From Octopus bimaculoides (lineage: Eukaryota): a stretch of 64,000 nt of DNA. Positions 25,995 through 39,329 of the stretch are shown here, one piece after another (the stretch's first letter is position 1; the number at the start of each line of letters is the position of its first letter). A model generated the notes under the pieces. It searched no databases. It saw only the letters and a list, made by a program, of their open reading frames with translations, and had not been told where the DNA came from. The stretch covers positions 34,416,187-34,480,186 of the forward strand of contig NC_068998.1 in the NCBI RefSeq assembly GCF_001194135.2. Reading direction: 5' to 3'. The translations under genes were made by a program, and so were the position numbers.

Positions 25995-28900
25995 TAAACC
26001 TTTTTAATTTAGAATTAATTTTTACCAACCACTACATAGTAGTAAGGTTGTGAAGGAAAGCATCTTGTTTTAATCATCATCATTTGAATCTTAAGGTCTT
26101 GCAATGATAATAGGTATGAAAGTGTATCTTGGGTACTAGATGTGTAAACTCCTGATTGGTCCACAACCATTCCCTTTTTCTGGATTTTTTCTGATTACAT
26201 TGGTACCCAGAGGGCAGCTGATTTCCACAACAGACATGCTTTTTTTTTTTGTAATCTCACGCAACAGTATCTACAAGACATTCTCAAACAATAATGTGAT
26301 TGATGTTTGAAGTTTTGGTTTTGCGTAGCCTACATTTGTTGTCTGTCAAAGTGCTCTGTCTTTTATGCTGCAAGTACTTAGTGAGGATCTTTTGTTCTTG
26401 AGTTAACCTTCAATGTAAGATGTCATAAACTTGCTGGTACTTCATGCCAATCTTTTGATATCATTGATTCACTATGGTTTGTGTTTTTAATGCCATGTAC
26501 TTATGCATTACCTTCTCAAGGGAACTGGTCCATTTTTATAATTTTGCTGTTATCCTAGAAAGAATTTTCCAATGCTCTTATGAGAAAGATCTGTATCAGC
26601 TCTTATTTAATACCTCTCTTCAAGTTGATTAGCTATCCTAATTATTGATTCCATGGTCACGAACTTGGGCAAGGTAGGTAGTGGTTTCTCTCCTTGGCTG
26701 CAGATGTTTCAGTGTCAAAATACACACTTCGTATGACATCAATACAGACTTGAGACCACAGTCACCATCCTTGCATGGAAAGTATAGCCTGTTTAATCTC
26801 TATTGATGTTGAAGTTTCCTATAAAACTGACCAGCTTGTGAGTTTAAATATCTATCTCATTGAGTTATTGTTGTGACCAGTTCAATATACCAAACATAGG
26901 CATGAAGACAGGCACTGCGAAGGTGTTGTGGACAATATGCTTGTTGTAAGCTGAGATTTCAAATGACCAAATTTTTTTCACCCTCTTGAGTTATTCATTC
27001 CTTGTCCTCACTTGTCCAAGATATTTGTAACTTAACTTTCCCTGGAGAGCAAGGGTTGTATTTCTAGGTCGTTTATATTTAGTATCTTGGATAAGAGTAC
27101 AAGTTTGCCAGATTTTACCACCAAAAAATGCACATTTGGACTCACCAGATTTCAGACCAATGTCTTTGGAGAATTGGGTTATGTGATCCAGTTGCTTTTT
27201 GCTGTGACTAATATTTAACCCATGCAACTTCAGGCCATTAACAAGGAAAAAGTGAGAAATGTTATTGGACCCATTCCTAGCTGCTGTGTTTAGTGATTAG
27301 GTATGACAGTGGAGTTCAGTGAAAGCACAAAGAGTAATACTGATATGCTATCACTCTGAAGGATGCCTTCTTGGTGGAGTATATATCAGATTTGTGGTGT
27401 TCCATGTCACCTTTACGAAGTAAGAGGGTGAACCAACTTTTAGTTATGTGGTGGATAGCATCTACTTATGGTGGTGATATTTTGGTTAATTGTAGTGCTT
27501 TGATAATCCACTCACATAGTATACTACCAAAGACTTTTTGATAGTTCAGACATACCATAGTCAAGTTTTTGTGATTCTTTATTGTTCTTTCTTGTAGCAT
27601 TTTGTTAATTAGTCAGAGCTCAATACACTCCCACACCTTTTTTTCCCTCAGATTGTTGCAAGGTTACAATATTGTTTGTGGTACAATGGCCTAGTAGAAA
27701 CAAGTTGAGACAGTCAGTGTATAGCTTATACCTGACGTTTTGATAGGGTGATAATTTTTAGCTTTGATGGTTTGGGGAAATGAGAAGGATGATGGTTGTT
27801 CATAGCCACGTGGGTATGTTTAATAAGCCCTTGATACTCTTCCACATCAGTCTTGTTGATTCTCACTGGGATATTTTAACCAATATCCTGTAATATGATC
27901 TCTGTCTGGGAACATCCTCTTTGGTATTCTTCTCAGGACTATTTTAAGTATTGCACCATCGATTTTGTGGAGTCTTTGTTTAACATCTTTGCAGTAACCC
28001 TCTTATAATTCATCTATCCATTCATCCTTTACATTGACTCCATCATCCCTTTCTTAAATTAATCTCCAGTAACTTTCTACTTGTTCTCCTGTTGGGATGT
28101 TTCTTCCTGATATTGTGTTGCCTTTGTTAAAACTACAGCAGACTCATTTGAGATCTCAAGCAAACAATCTATTCTGTGTTTACAATTTGTACACTAAAGA
28201 TTTGTATTTTAATTTCTCAGTTGTCACTGTTTGCTCGTGTTTCAACTGGTGATGTTTTGGATTTAAGGTTTTGGATTTTGAATTTCCAAATCTTTTAACT
28301 ATTTTTGATAGTTCAAATTTGTTGATCATGTTGCACTTGATAACTACAATAATCTGCAAGATAGTTTTACAAAGAAACAGATTTTTATTTTTGAAGTGTG
28401 AGTCCAGCCTGGCTCTGAATGTTTACTTTTGTCTTTATTGGGCAGCTCCAGCTCCTTCTGGTAAGTGAGTAATATGCTAGGCTAGCGGACACATATATCA
28501 AATGATTTATTGTTTTGTGTGTGGGTTCAGATACAGTAGTCATTAGATAGCTTCCTACTGTTTCTTTTGTTACCCCCAGTTCTTATTCTTTTTATGTTCA
28601 TTCTAAAAGGTCTGTCTTTTAAGTTAATGTTCTGAACCTGCTGCAGCATATCTTCCCAAACCACTTTGAGAGAAGTAAAAAGATTTTGATATTCCTCTGT
28701 TTGCTTGAGAAAGTTATCATTTGGCTGCAATTGTTTTCAAGCAGGTCACCTGTTTTGTAGTGACTGTACACCACTGTTAGGATTGATGGGGTTGTTGTTG
28801 TTGTTGTTGGATATATTCTCCGAATGTAGAGAGAAACAGGTTGATTACTACTACTGTCCAACCTAACTTTGCTACTGAGTCAATGGTTTTGTTGTTGTAG

Positions 28901-29179
28901 GATGTTGTTTTCTTGGGTAGTTTTGCCAAGTGATGTTTCAGCTTTGTATATTAGTTTTCATTTCATTATGTGTTTTGCTTGTTCATTTAAATAGTTTGCA
29001 TCTACATCTAATTCTGGATGTTTGATGTCCCACAAACTTTTTAATCCTTTCATAAATCCAAAGCGTTGGGGTTCAGACGGAATGTATACTTCATGTAATT
29101 GTTTGTTCAGTTCATGAACTCATTGTAAATTGAGAGTATAGTCATGATTAGGGTGAAGGAGACTAATGTATTCAGCCAT
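25995..29179 (-). mobile_element. Near full-length RLE-type (R4/Dong-like) non-LTR retrotransposon, decayed single ORF
   Basis: ATG at 29179: MAEYIS...PQRFGFMKGLKSLWDIKHPE...NEQAKHI. RT: ISHFFLVNGLKLHG...QFSKDIGLKSGESKC...YKYLGQ; KIWSFEISAYNKHIVHNTFAVP. Then DKCRL...INHII, EISCPL and YPRYTFIPIII. 3' end abuts (TG)n. Confidence 0.85.
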
Positions 29180-29759
29180 GATGACTTCTGTCTTTTCACT
29201 TTCAATTTATATTTCATATTAAATGAGATGATGTTGCTCTTTAAAAGTTCTGACAAACTTTTATTATGATTAAATTTTAAAATTATTCACATCTTGGATT
29301 TTTTTTTTTTTTTTCTGTTCAAATTATTTCATTTCTACAATTGTATTGAAGTGAACATAATAGAATTTTGACAATGCAGCACATGGGTATTTTTCATCAG
29401 AAGATTGCTCAGCTAGNNNNNNNNNNAGTATATATTTAAATTATGTCAGAAAAATGTTAGAAAAATGTTATAAAATCTTTTTGGTATATAAACATTGTAT
29501 TTTGAGAAATAACCAGTTTCGTGTTGTCTTTTCAAATTTCTCTACTTCATTGTAATGTGTTCGCTCCAGTCTGATATATATATATATGTATGCTGATGTG
29601 TATACACTTAAACAGAAATACTCATATGCAGTCTTACCTGCATTCTGTAGCTCAGCTTTCCCGTGATATGGTGTTGCCCTTATATAAGTATTTATTACTA
29701 GTGTTCGAACATTGGGCTGACTACTAGGGTCACCATGTTATGTATGCATGCATGTATCT

Positions 29760-29990
29760 TTTATCATTTGTCTTTTACTTGTTTCAGTCATTAGACTGTG
29801 GCCATGCTAGAGCACCACCTGCAGAAATTTCAGTCAAACAAATCAACCCTAGAATATATATATCTTTTAATTTGAAAACTTCTTATTCTATCAGTATCTT
29901 TTGCTGAACTGTTAAGCAGAGATGTAAACACATCAAGACCAACTGTCAAGTAGTTGTGGTGGGCAAACAAAGATACAAAGACACACACAC
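29760..29990 (-). mobile_element. Type A SINE tail half
   Basis: Matches 425-545 and 11951-12150; a similar copy lies at 36400-36615. Confidence 0.8.
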
Positions 29991-30252
29991 ACACAGATAC
30001 GACCATATATATATTACCATCATACAAATATATATATATGTATGTATAAATATGTATATATATATTTTATATATATATATATATACATATGTATGTGTGT
30101 GTGTGTATATATATATATATGCATGTATTTATGTTTATATACATATATGTATGTGTGTGTGTATGTATATATGTATATACATGTATGTTAATATATATGT
30201 GTGTGAGTGGGTGGGTATGTATGTATGCATATATATATATATGTATATGTAT

Positions 30253-30327
<75 letters not shown>

Positions 30328-30398
30328 TGTGCATTTGTGTGTACGTATGTATGTTTATATATATATATGCACATATGTATGTGTGTGTGTGTGTGTGC

Positions 30399-30429
<31 letters not shown>

Positions 30430-30549
30430 TTCTTTCTCTCTTTCTTTCTCTTGCTCTAACTCTCACTCACTCTCTCTCTTTCTTTCTTTCTCTCCCTCTC
30501 TCACTTTATAAACATACAAAACAGCAAAGATCAAAAGAATTGTGTATGT

Positions 30550-32873
30550 GTATTTTCAGCATGCCCTTACAGATCTTGGAAAGCATTCAATGAGGGATTT
30601 CAATATCAAAAAAACCTTTTTCTCAATAGACTTTGCATGTAAAAAACACATTAAGTCGATAGTGTATCAGACATGATGTTTCATCATGAGTTTGCATGAT
30701 CAGTGGCAGATAGACCAAACCAGCACAGTCTTCTTTCTTGCACACATCTGATGCCTCTTGTACACAGTTTTCCTCTTGAATCATTTACACTCTATCACAT
30801 ATGCACACTGACATTATCCATCCAGCAGAGCATGCTAGTTTCATCTCTCTCAAGCCTTTGCAAGGCCTCTGTAGTCAAAGCTCATGTTTCATTGCCATGT
30901 TACACAGCTGTACGTACATAAGTATCATATAACCTGCCTTTCACTCTGAGGCAGAGGCCCTCAGTTAGCAACAAAGTTGAATTTTGCCCAGCCTGTTCTT
31001 ATCCTAGCAACTACGCTTCCAGAACTCCCTCCACCACTGCTAACTTGGTCCCCTAGATAACAGAAGCTATCTACTACTAATGATTCACCTGTGCATTTGA
31101 GGGAGCCTATTGTGTGCCTAGTTTTAATGCTTATTGTACCTGTACATTTTCTACATACAAAGACTATATTCTCCATTAACCTTCCTTGGGACACATCTTA
31201 TGTGTCCAAAGCTTGCACAGGGTACTACGTATGGATCTTCTACCAAAATCTTCTTACATAGCAAGCAGAGCCATCTCAGGGACTTGTGGTTTGTCTGTTT
31301 TCTTAGTTACTAGGACTTTGGTTTTTGCTAAATTAATCCTAAGGACCTTATATTCCAACCTTGTTTCTACACCTGAAATTTCTTCTCTAGGTTAGCTAGT
31401 GGTTCAGCTATACGAACAAGGTCATCAGTATAAAGGAGCTCCCAGAGATAGCTGGTCTTAAATTTCTCTGTTAAGGCCTGGAGGACTAAAATAAACAGGA
31501 GAGGGTTGAGAAATGATCCTTGGTGGACTCCTATCAAATTCATTGCTATACTCATTGCCAACCTTCACTTTCTTGTACATGGCTTGTACTACTCTCACTA
31601 ACCACTCATTTATCCCTAGCTTCCACATTGGCCACCAGATAAGGGAGCAAGGGACACTGTCAAAGGCTTTCTTTATATCAACGAAAGCCAGGTACAGATG
31701 TTTAGTTTTGGCTAAATATTTCTCTTACAGTTACCTAACCAGGAATATGGCATCTGTCATGCTCCTGCCTAGCACAAATCTGAATTGCACTTCGTCTATA
31801 CTAACTCTCTTCCTAATTAATTAAGTTATGACCCTTTCTGTGGTTTTCATCAACTGGTCCAACAATTTAATGCCTCTGTAATTATTTCTGTCTAAGGCAT
31901 CATCTTTGCCTTTGTAGCAGTTGACTATAATGCTGCAACTCCAATCATTGGGCATGACTCACTTGTGGACAACCTGATAGTTATAAAACTATCAATAAAA
32001 TATAATCACATTACAAATATGATTTCTTATCCAGAAAATTTTATTCTGATCATAATGAACAGCATGTAAGACTTCTATTGCATTCAGAAGATAGATCTCC
32101 AAAGGTTTGTAAGATTTATAGAAAATGAATGGAAGGAAAATACTGCTAAAGAAATAAAGAGACACAAAACTAGCATATATTATTGAGCTAAGATATTTCG
32201 AAGGCTTAAGGAGGTATTGCTTCAACTTCAAGGGAAATTCATAACATTGATTGATGATAAAACAGAATTAAAAGCATTTACTGAAATATAGGAAATATTT
32301 CAAGCAAATTTACTTGAAAAAAAATATTTCGCAATATGCCTCAGCTAGCAGAAATTTGTTCTTCATTTAACAAAATGGATCTTGAAACACATTGTGGATA
32401 TTTATTATCATAAAAAAGAATTTAACATAAAAAATAGATCCTTTGATTTATTTTCCTTTGAAGTAAAATCCCAAATGATAGATCCATTTAAATGTGATGT
32501 TGTACAGCTGACAAATAAATTCAAGAAGAATTAATTGAATTACAATGCAAGGCTAACTCAAAATACTTGTATGATGAAATAGGAATGACTGAATTCTTTT
32601 CATTAAAAGTCTATACAACACTTTATCCAAAATAGTCAAAATAATTGTCATTTCCATACACATGTGGTTGGAATTAGATTGAGTTCAGTGAATGAATAAC
32701 TAAAGAAAGGAACAAATATATTAGACGTATGCAAAAGGAGTGATGTAAGAATAAAGCTCAATGACACTGGATTTGAACATTGAACTGAGTATTGTATATT
32801 TTGTAGAAAAATACCAACTTCAAAGATTTCATTAATATAATAGTAAATTTAAACTTTCATTTATTTTAGTGTA

Positions 32874-32906
<33 letters not shown>

Positions 32907-32990
32907 ATGCATGTGTAGGGGTGTTTTGAAAACAGAGTGGGCAAAAGCATTTGCAAGGGGATGATGTTTAAAATGGTTTGAGGACCACTG
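30550..32990 (+). mobile_element. hAT (Charlie-like) transposon remnant interrupted by an RTE LINE
   Basis: After the LINE: VIKTINKI...HVRLLLHSEDR (cf. LLxHTEVRWL), IFEGL.EVLLQLQGK, QEELIELQC, FPYT and DVRIKL. Terminus tttgaggaccactg (rc cagtggtcctcaaa) at 32990. Left part MMFHHEFA (cf. HCxIHRExLA) is weaker. Confidence 0.7.
30700..31985 (-). mobile_element. RTE-clade LINE, RT domain with PHD-like insert
   Basis: NDWSCSIIVNCYKGKDDALDRNNYRGIKLLD; YLAFVDIKKAFDSVP; GVHQGSFLNPLLF; LLYTDDLV; KTKVLV; Cys/His insert; DSFCYLGDQVSSGGG. Confidence 0.9.
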
Positions 32991-35646
32991 CTGCAGAATA
33001 ACTCACACAGCTCAACATTATAACAGAACTGACACATTAAATATTCTACTAAAATACTTCCCACAGATCAGACAGCAATAAAATCGACCACATCATATAA
33101 CTGATTCTATCTCATTAGTACTTTATATTTCTATTGTCCATGTTAAAAGTGATCTGTAATGTAAAGCTTAAATCACTGCAAGAATGATAACACCATATAT
33201 ATAGATAAGTCATAGTCTTTTTACTCAAGTAGAGGCTGTTGCAAACTATAGGGTGTTGAAGAAAAATCTTCTATATTTTACACAGACACCAGTGAAGTTA
33301 GGCACAGGTGGTACAGGTGATAATGGTGTCTTCAAGTATCTGATATTTAAAAAAAATTATTTTAGTTTTCATCATAGTTTTGAGTTTTGATGGATGCACA
33401 TTGTGTATTTACTGTTGAAATGTTCATCAGAAATGGTGAATCTGAGAGGTTTTTGCTTTGTCCTGTACATGTAACTTAATTATAAGACCTTCATTTGGGT
33501 TTGAGACTTGCAGAGTATGCTAAAACATGCACATATACACAGATACACATATTTCCATCTGCAAATGATTGAGTATTGGCATTGTAAGCAAATATAGATT
33601 AATGTCATATTTGTGGAAAATTTGATTTTGTAACAAAACAAAGAAGTCTGTAATGATAGACTTGTAACATCGCTCATATCTATCTAAACTTTTCACTTGC
33701 TTATGCACAGATTTGTTGATAGAAGTACTGGAAAAAGTAATTGTATTTCTGATGGAAAAGAGGGACTAGAAACTAAACCATCAGCACTAACAGTAAAAGT
33801 TCAAGTTGTGAAGCTGGTTCTATATTGTGTGTTTGTATTTAATATGCTGAAGAACATAAAAGCCATAGTGCAATGAGAGAGTTTAATGTGGAGTTAAAAT
33901 TAGTGAGAGACGAGGAGAAACAAAAGGAAACGCTCCAGAAAAAAAAAACAGATTATTTCTTGTAATGGGAATTTGGGAAAATATTTATATACTTAGGCAT
34001 GTGAATTATATACAAATAGACTCTTATTGCTTTTGGAGCAAAAGCTAACAGAGAGCTTACAACTATAGATGGATAGCTTACAGTCTGCTATGGATGCAAG
34101 TTTCATGTTTCAGTTGGATGCCAAATATGATTTGTGAAGAGAAATGAGCTGACATTAAGTCAGAAAACCAATAATGGAGCCTTTGTGTGAATATCATGAT
34201 TATATTATTAATAAAGTTCATTAAATTTTATTCATGAATGTTTATTTCATTCTAACACAGTTTCATGAATTTAATAAAATGTATTTGAACAGAAGCATTT
34301 GATTATAAAAATGTTTGAAAGAACAGCTGTAATTCTACATGTTTACCAATTAAAAGTGGAAAGGGTTTTTTCATAATGTTGAAAGGTCACAAACCTGCTT
34401 CTGCCCTCTCTATCTTATATTAACCTCTTAACACTTTGCATGAAGCCATCACCTTCTTTATTGTTCTCTCTCTCAGCTATGGAGGATCTTTTGTTTTGCT
34501 AGTTATATGGTGGCCTCACTAATGTGATACCATGAAAAAAGCATCCAGTACACTTTATCAAGTGGTTGGCAATTATTACAAATCAAAGCACTTCATTTTC
34601 AAAATGCCAGGTCATATTGTACATGAGAAATAATTTTCCTGGGATTTTATTGTCCAAAGTTATATCTGTGTGTGTATTGTACTCAAATAAGAGAGAATGT
34701 ATCAAATGGATTGATAATTCACAGATCCATATGTACTTAATGTAACTCAAGCAGAATTGATATGTTGCCGTCTATAACAAGACAGGCCTTTTGAAATATA
34801 GGTGCAGTTTATTTGATAGGATTCCATACAGTTTCTATTCACAAAACTTGAGGGTGACCCAAGATGATGGTAAAATAAGCTAGTCTAACATGTCATGAAG
34901 CAGAGCCCATATCAAAAGTTTTCTCTCTTGTATAATCCATTTTATATCCAATATTTTTTTCAGTATGTATACATGTTTGAGTGTGTGCATGTGTGTATGT
35001 ATAGACACAAACAACCTCTGTGCCCCACTCCCCCCATACAGAATCATCATCACTTTTTACTTCTCCTTTATATGCTGAGTAGATCTGGGTGAGTTGTCAC
35101 TGTCAGAGACAGTTTGCATTTGTAGTTACTGCTCCCCTAGATGGATCATGCAATCCACTTTTTGCTATCTGTGGGTAGCTGCCTTTCTTATTACCAACCA
35201 CTTTACAGGGTGTTTAGGGTACGGTTTTTCAAAGCATCAACACAAATGAGACTGCTTTCTACCCTGTAAAACAAAAATGCCCTCATTACAGTAAGCTATG
35301 TAATGTAAACAAGAGGGTGAATGACAGGTATAGATAATTGGAGAAGCTAGGATGCACATGTGTAGTGAATAAGATATAATGAAACAGGATAGAAATAAAG
35401 AGGAGTAAAGAAGTAGGATAGAAGAAGAAGAGGAAGGTTAACAATTAAGTTAATGATTGAGTGTATTGAATTCGAGTGAGGGATAGGGCTTTGATTAGAA
35501 GTTAGTTAAGTGCCATTCCTTATTAGTTGACCCCATTAGAGGAGAGCATGTGAATGTTAGGGAAATGTCGGGCTGCTAGGTCCAATGACCTCTGTACACT
35601 GACAGCATGATACATGCGAGAGGAGTGATTAACTGTTAGGCAGAAC

Positions 35647-35755
35647 AGTGAATAGAGACAGTGAGTAATAGAGACAGTGAGTAATAGAGACAGTGAGTAA
35701 TAGAGACAGTGAGTAATAGAGACAGTGAGTAATAGAGACAGTGAGTAATAGAGAC
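35647..35755. repeat. 16-bp minisatellite agtgagtaatagagac, six perfect copies plus one partial
   Basis: Exact repeats at 35660, 35676, 35692, 35708, 35724 and 35740. Confidence 0.97.
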
Positions 35756-35869
35756 ATAGCAGAAAGATGAGAAAATATGAAGATGTTTGGCAGTTGTCAG
35801 ATGTGGACTCAATTGGGACACAGAGTCTATTTATTCCACCTTCCATCAGTACCACTTTTTAAAGATTTG

Positions 35870-36350
35870 ATTCAACATACTTGCTCAGCAAGACAGATGT
35901 TCTCCAGTACAGCATGTTACCAATTATCACACTCTCTTTTGTCATCTCCTTCTATGAAGCTCAACATCCTGATATCACTTTCTGCGTTGGTTTTGATAGA
36001 TCCCAACCTCTTTGAGCTCAGTTCACTTTTTCATACTGCTTTTTCATCCATCATACTTATCACATACCCATACGAGGGCAGTATTCTTTCTTGTGTATTA
36101 CATCTGAATCCTCTTACAAGCAACTTTTTCTTCAGCTCTTCTAATTCATTTCATATGTACATTCTAGTTTTTCCTATTATCTCTCTATCTGCTAGTCACT
36201 CTCTTGGTCATGTTGCACAAATGGACATTACATACCACATTGTATGTGAGGACTCTTCTGTCTTATGGCATACTGACTTCATTTCTTTCTAGACTACACA
36301 AATTCTCTGCATTCAGAGTTCACATCCCACTATCATGCAATCTGTATACA
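35870..36350 (-). mobile_element. RTE LINE 3' fragment (heavily decayed)
   Basis: Minus strand resembles RTE end: MWYVMS..., GYVISMMDE, W*HAVLEN (cf. GHVMRMDE...WRxAVLEK). Confidence 0.55.
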
Positions 36351-37555
36351 AGCATTGGTAATAGACCTATGAATTTCTTCCAGCCAATATATATATACCT
36401 TTTGTCTTTTACTTGTTTAAATCACGAGACTGCGGCCATGCTGGGGCACCATCTAACATAATTTTTGGTCAAATGAATTGACCTCAGTACTTCTGTTTTC
36501 TTTTAAACCTGGTACTAATTCTATCATTCTCTTTTGCTGAACCTTTAAGTTATGGAGATGTAAACACACGAACATTGGTTATCATATGGTGGTGAGAAAT
36601 AAACACAAACACAGACACACAAATACGCATGCACACACACACAACCACACACACTCATACCACCATCATCATCATTATCCTCAATATATGTATGAATGAA
36701 TGTTGTGTATATGTATATATACATCTATATTATAATGGAGAAAGCTGCTTACTAATTAGGTATATAACAGTTACTAAAAGAAAGCAATTATTAAAGACTT
36801 GACCATCTGGAAATTTTTTTGTAAATTCGTATTCCAAGAAATTTCCTGTAATTTTGATTTCTGAAGATTATGGAATATTTGAACTACGTAGCATTCACTG
36901 CCAAGTAGATTTAATAAACAATATTAATTTGTCACAGGCGAAATTTTCTATATTCATTTGCAACAGTCCCTCACTCTCTCTCTCACTTCTATTTTCATTC
37001 ATGATAATTTGATATATATTGATTTCAATGTTTTCAGTTCAGGTTTTAATTTTCTATTTGCAAAACCCACAGTTTATTCTATATACATAATGTAAAAAGA
37101 TTATTTATTGAATAAATGAATGCTATAAGACAAAGAAGCTGTATAACTTTGTGACTTATTTTTGATAAAATGAAATTTTTTAATATACCAGTATAATTTT
37201 TTTTATTTAAATTAAGAAGTGATTTTGTTGATATGGCTGTTTGGAATGCTGTAAGCCTTGCAATAATAACTATGTGATCGCTACTATTTTTAGCAAGCTA
37301 AACCTTGAAGTTTGTTTAAATTACAGAGATATTACAACTCTGATAAATTACTGAAAGAAATATTTACTAAGCAAGTGAGATTTTTTATAAATTGAAGTTT
37401 ACAGGAAAATTTACGTTATGAACTTCCTTTTATTATTGAATATATCAAGTTCACAAATTTAAATATTTTGTACAAGATAGTTTTTAACGAGCTTTTATTT
37501 ATACAAACTTTTCATTTCATGTTTATTTAATTCATTGTTTGCAATGTTCTCTCTG

Positions 37556-37621
<66 letters not shown>

Positions 37622-37769
37622 GTCTCTGTAATATAAACACTCATACCCTCCAGGTTTGACTAGCAGAAAATCATGCAGAGGGCTGTCTTTCTGCTAGTGT
37701 ATATAATATGTGTGTGTGTGTGTGTGTGTGCGGAGAGAGAGAGAGATAGAGAGAGAGAAAATGAGAAGA

Positions 37770-38310
37770 GAAAGGGTGAGCGAGGTCAAATAATGGAGGA
37801 AAGCAATAAAATTGAGGAGGTGAAGGAGTACACATGCATGAGACAAGCAGTAAAAACATGTGAGAGGAATAGAAATGGAAATCCCACTAAGTGTAAGATC
37901 AGAGTGGAAAGCATTTGCTGCAGTAATGACTGGACAAGGCTCTTCTACCCAATCTTTTCAATAACACCAACCTACTGGAGCTTTTTATACACAAATGATA
38001 CAGTGACTGGCTTTGAGAGAGAGGGCCTTAGAAAGACCCTTGCTAAGAATTCAGGAATAAAGTGAGTGGAGTGAATGATGTAATCACAGAATACCAAAAG
38101 ATGGGCCGGACAAGTTACAAAACTCATTAATCCATATGGTTTGATCCATACAATTGTTGAGTGGTATCCAAGAAATTGAGAAAGACTACCCACAAGATGT
38201 CCAAGACAACGGGAGGATGACTATGTCACACAATTCATGTACAAAAATTAAAGAGAAGGGCATGATCAATAACAGAATAGAACTGCATTGAGACCAACGA
38301 TGTATAAGAA
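37770..38310 (+). mobile_element. RTE LINE 3' fragment (second subfamily)
   Basis: EEVKEYTCMRQ, SEWKAF, LFNNT and WAGQVTK...IVEWYPRN*ERLPT..PRQREDD (cf. WAGHVAR...EWYPR..KRP.GRP..RWED). Confidence 0.7.
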
Positions 38311-38395
38311 CATTGTGCACTCAGACAAATTGCAACTCCACTGGTATCAGAAGGTCACTCCAACATACATACACACATGCATACATATGTACAGA

Positions 38396-38490
38396 CACAC
38401 ACACACACGTGCATAAACACACACACACGTGCATAAACACACACACACGTGCATAAACACACACACACACGTGCATAAACACACACACAC
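38396..38490. repeat. Compound ~20-bp tandem repeat [(ac)n gtgcataa] x4
   Basis: Directly visible periodicity. Confidence 0.95.
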
Positions 38491-39329
38491 ATGTATATAG
38501 TTAAAATGCATATAGAGCCATCCTTCCTAACTATGTCATTTCCCAATCTTGTGCTTCTGAGTTCATCCCCATTGTGTGGCACATGGAGCAAGTGTTTACT
38601 TTTATAGCTCCAGGCCAACCAATAACATGTGAGTGCATTTTGTAGATGGAAACTGTGTGGAAGCTCATTGCATGTGTGTGTATGTGTTTGCCCCACCACC
38701 ACCACCACCGCTTGACAACCAGTGTTAATTTGTGAAGTGCTTTGTGTTAGGAAGGGCAATGGAGTTAGGCAAATTTGCAGAAACTGAAATAGTTAAGCAA
38801 AGAATGGTCCTCCAACATATCAGATCCTGTCAATCCATCAAACCTGTGCAAATATGGGAAACAGAAGTGAAAATGATGATGCTGAAGGTATATGCATGCA
38901 TGTGTGTGTGTGTGCGTGTGTGTGTGTGTGTGTGTATCTGCTTGTCATATATGGATGAGTGGTGTATGAGCTATATTAAAGACATGACTATGTTTGAGTT
39001 TAATCTTTTTGATTGTAAATTCCCTATGAATCCTTTTTTTTTTTTTTAGAACAATTGAGCTTGTGAGTCCATTACTTCATTAAAGTTTCAAGAACTTCTT
39101 GTTCTCATCATCAGAATAAATTGTTCTTTACATAAGTGTGAATACAAAGCAAGCTTCATAGGAATATTGATAAAATTGTCAACAACAAATTCAAAAAGCA
39201 GTGGTTAAGTTCCTGGAGATTTCATGATATATTTTCTATGTGTGATGTATCTGTCTGTTAATTTATGTTTTGTGCTTTGCATTTTCTAAAGCTTCCATAG
39301 ATATTCTCAGTTTTTGTTTTTATTGTAGA

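Noticed and set aside
29956-30593. YI/CV/HT-repeat ORFs here and at many other sites
   Set aside because: Translations of (TA)n/(TG)n microsatellites, not proteins.
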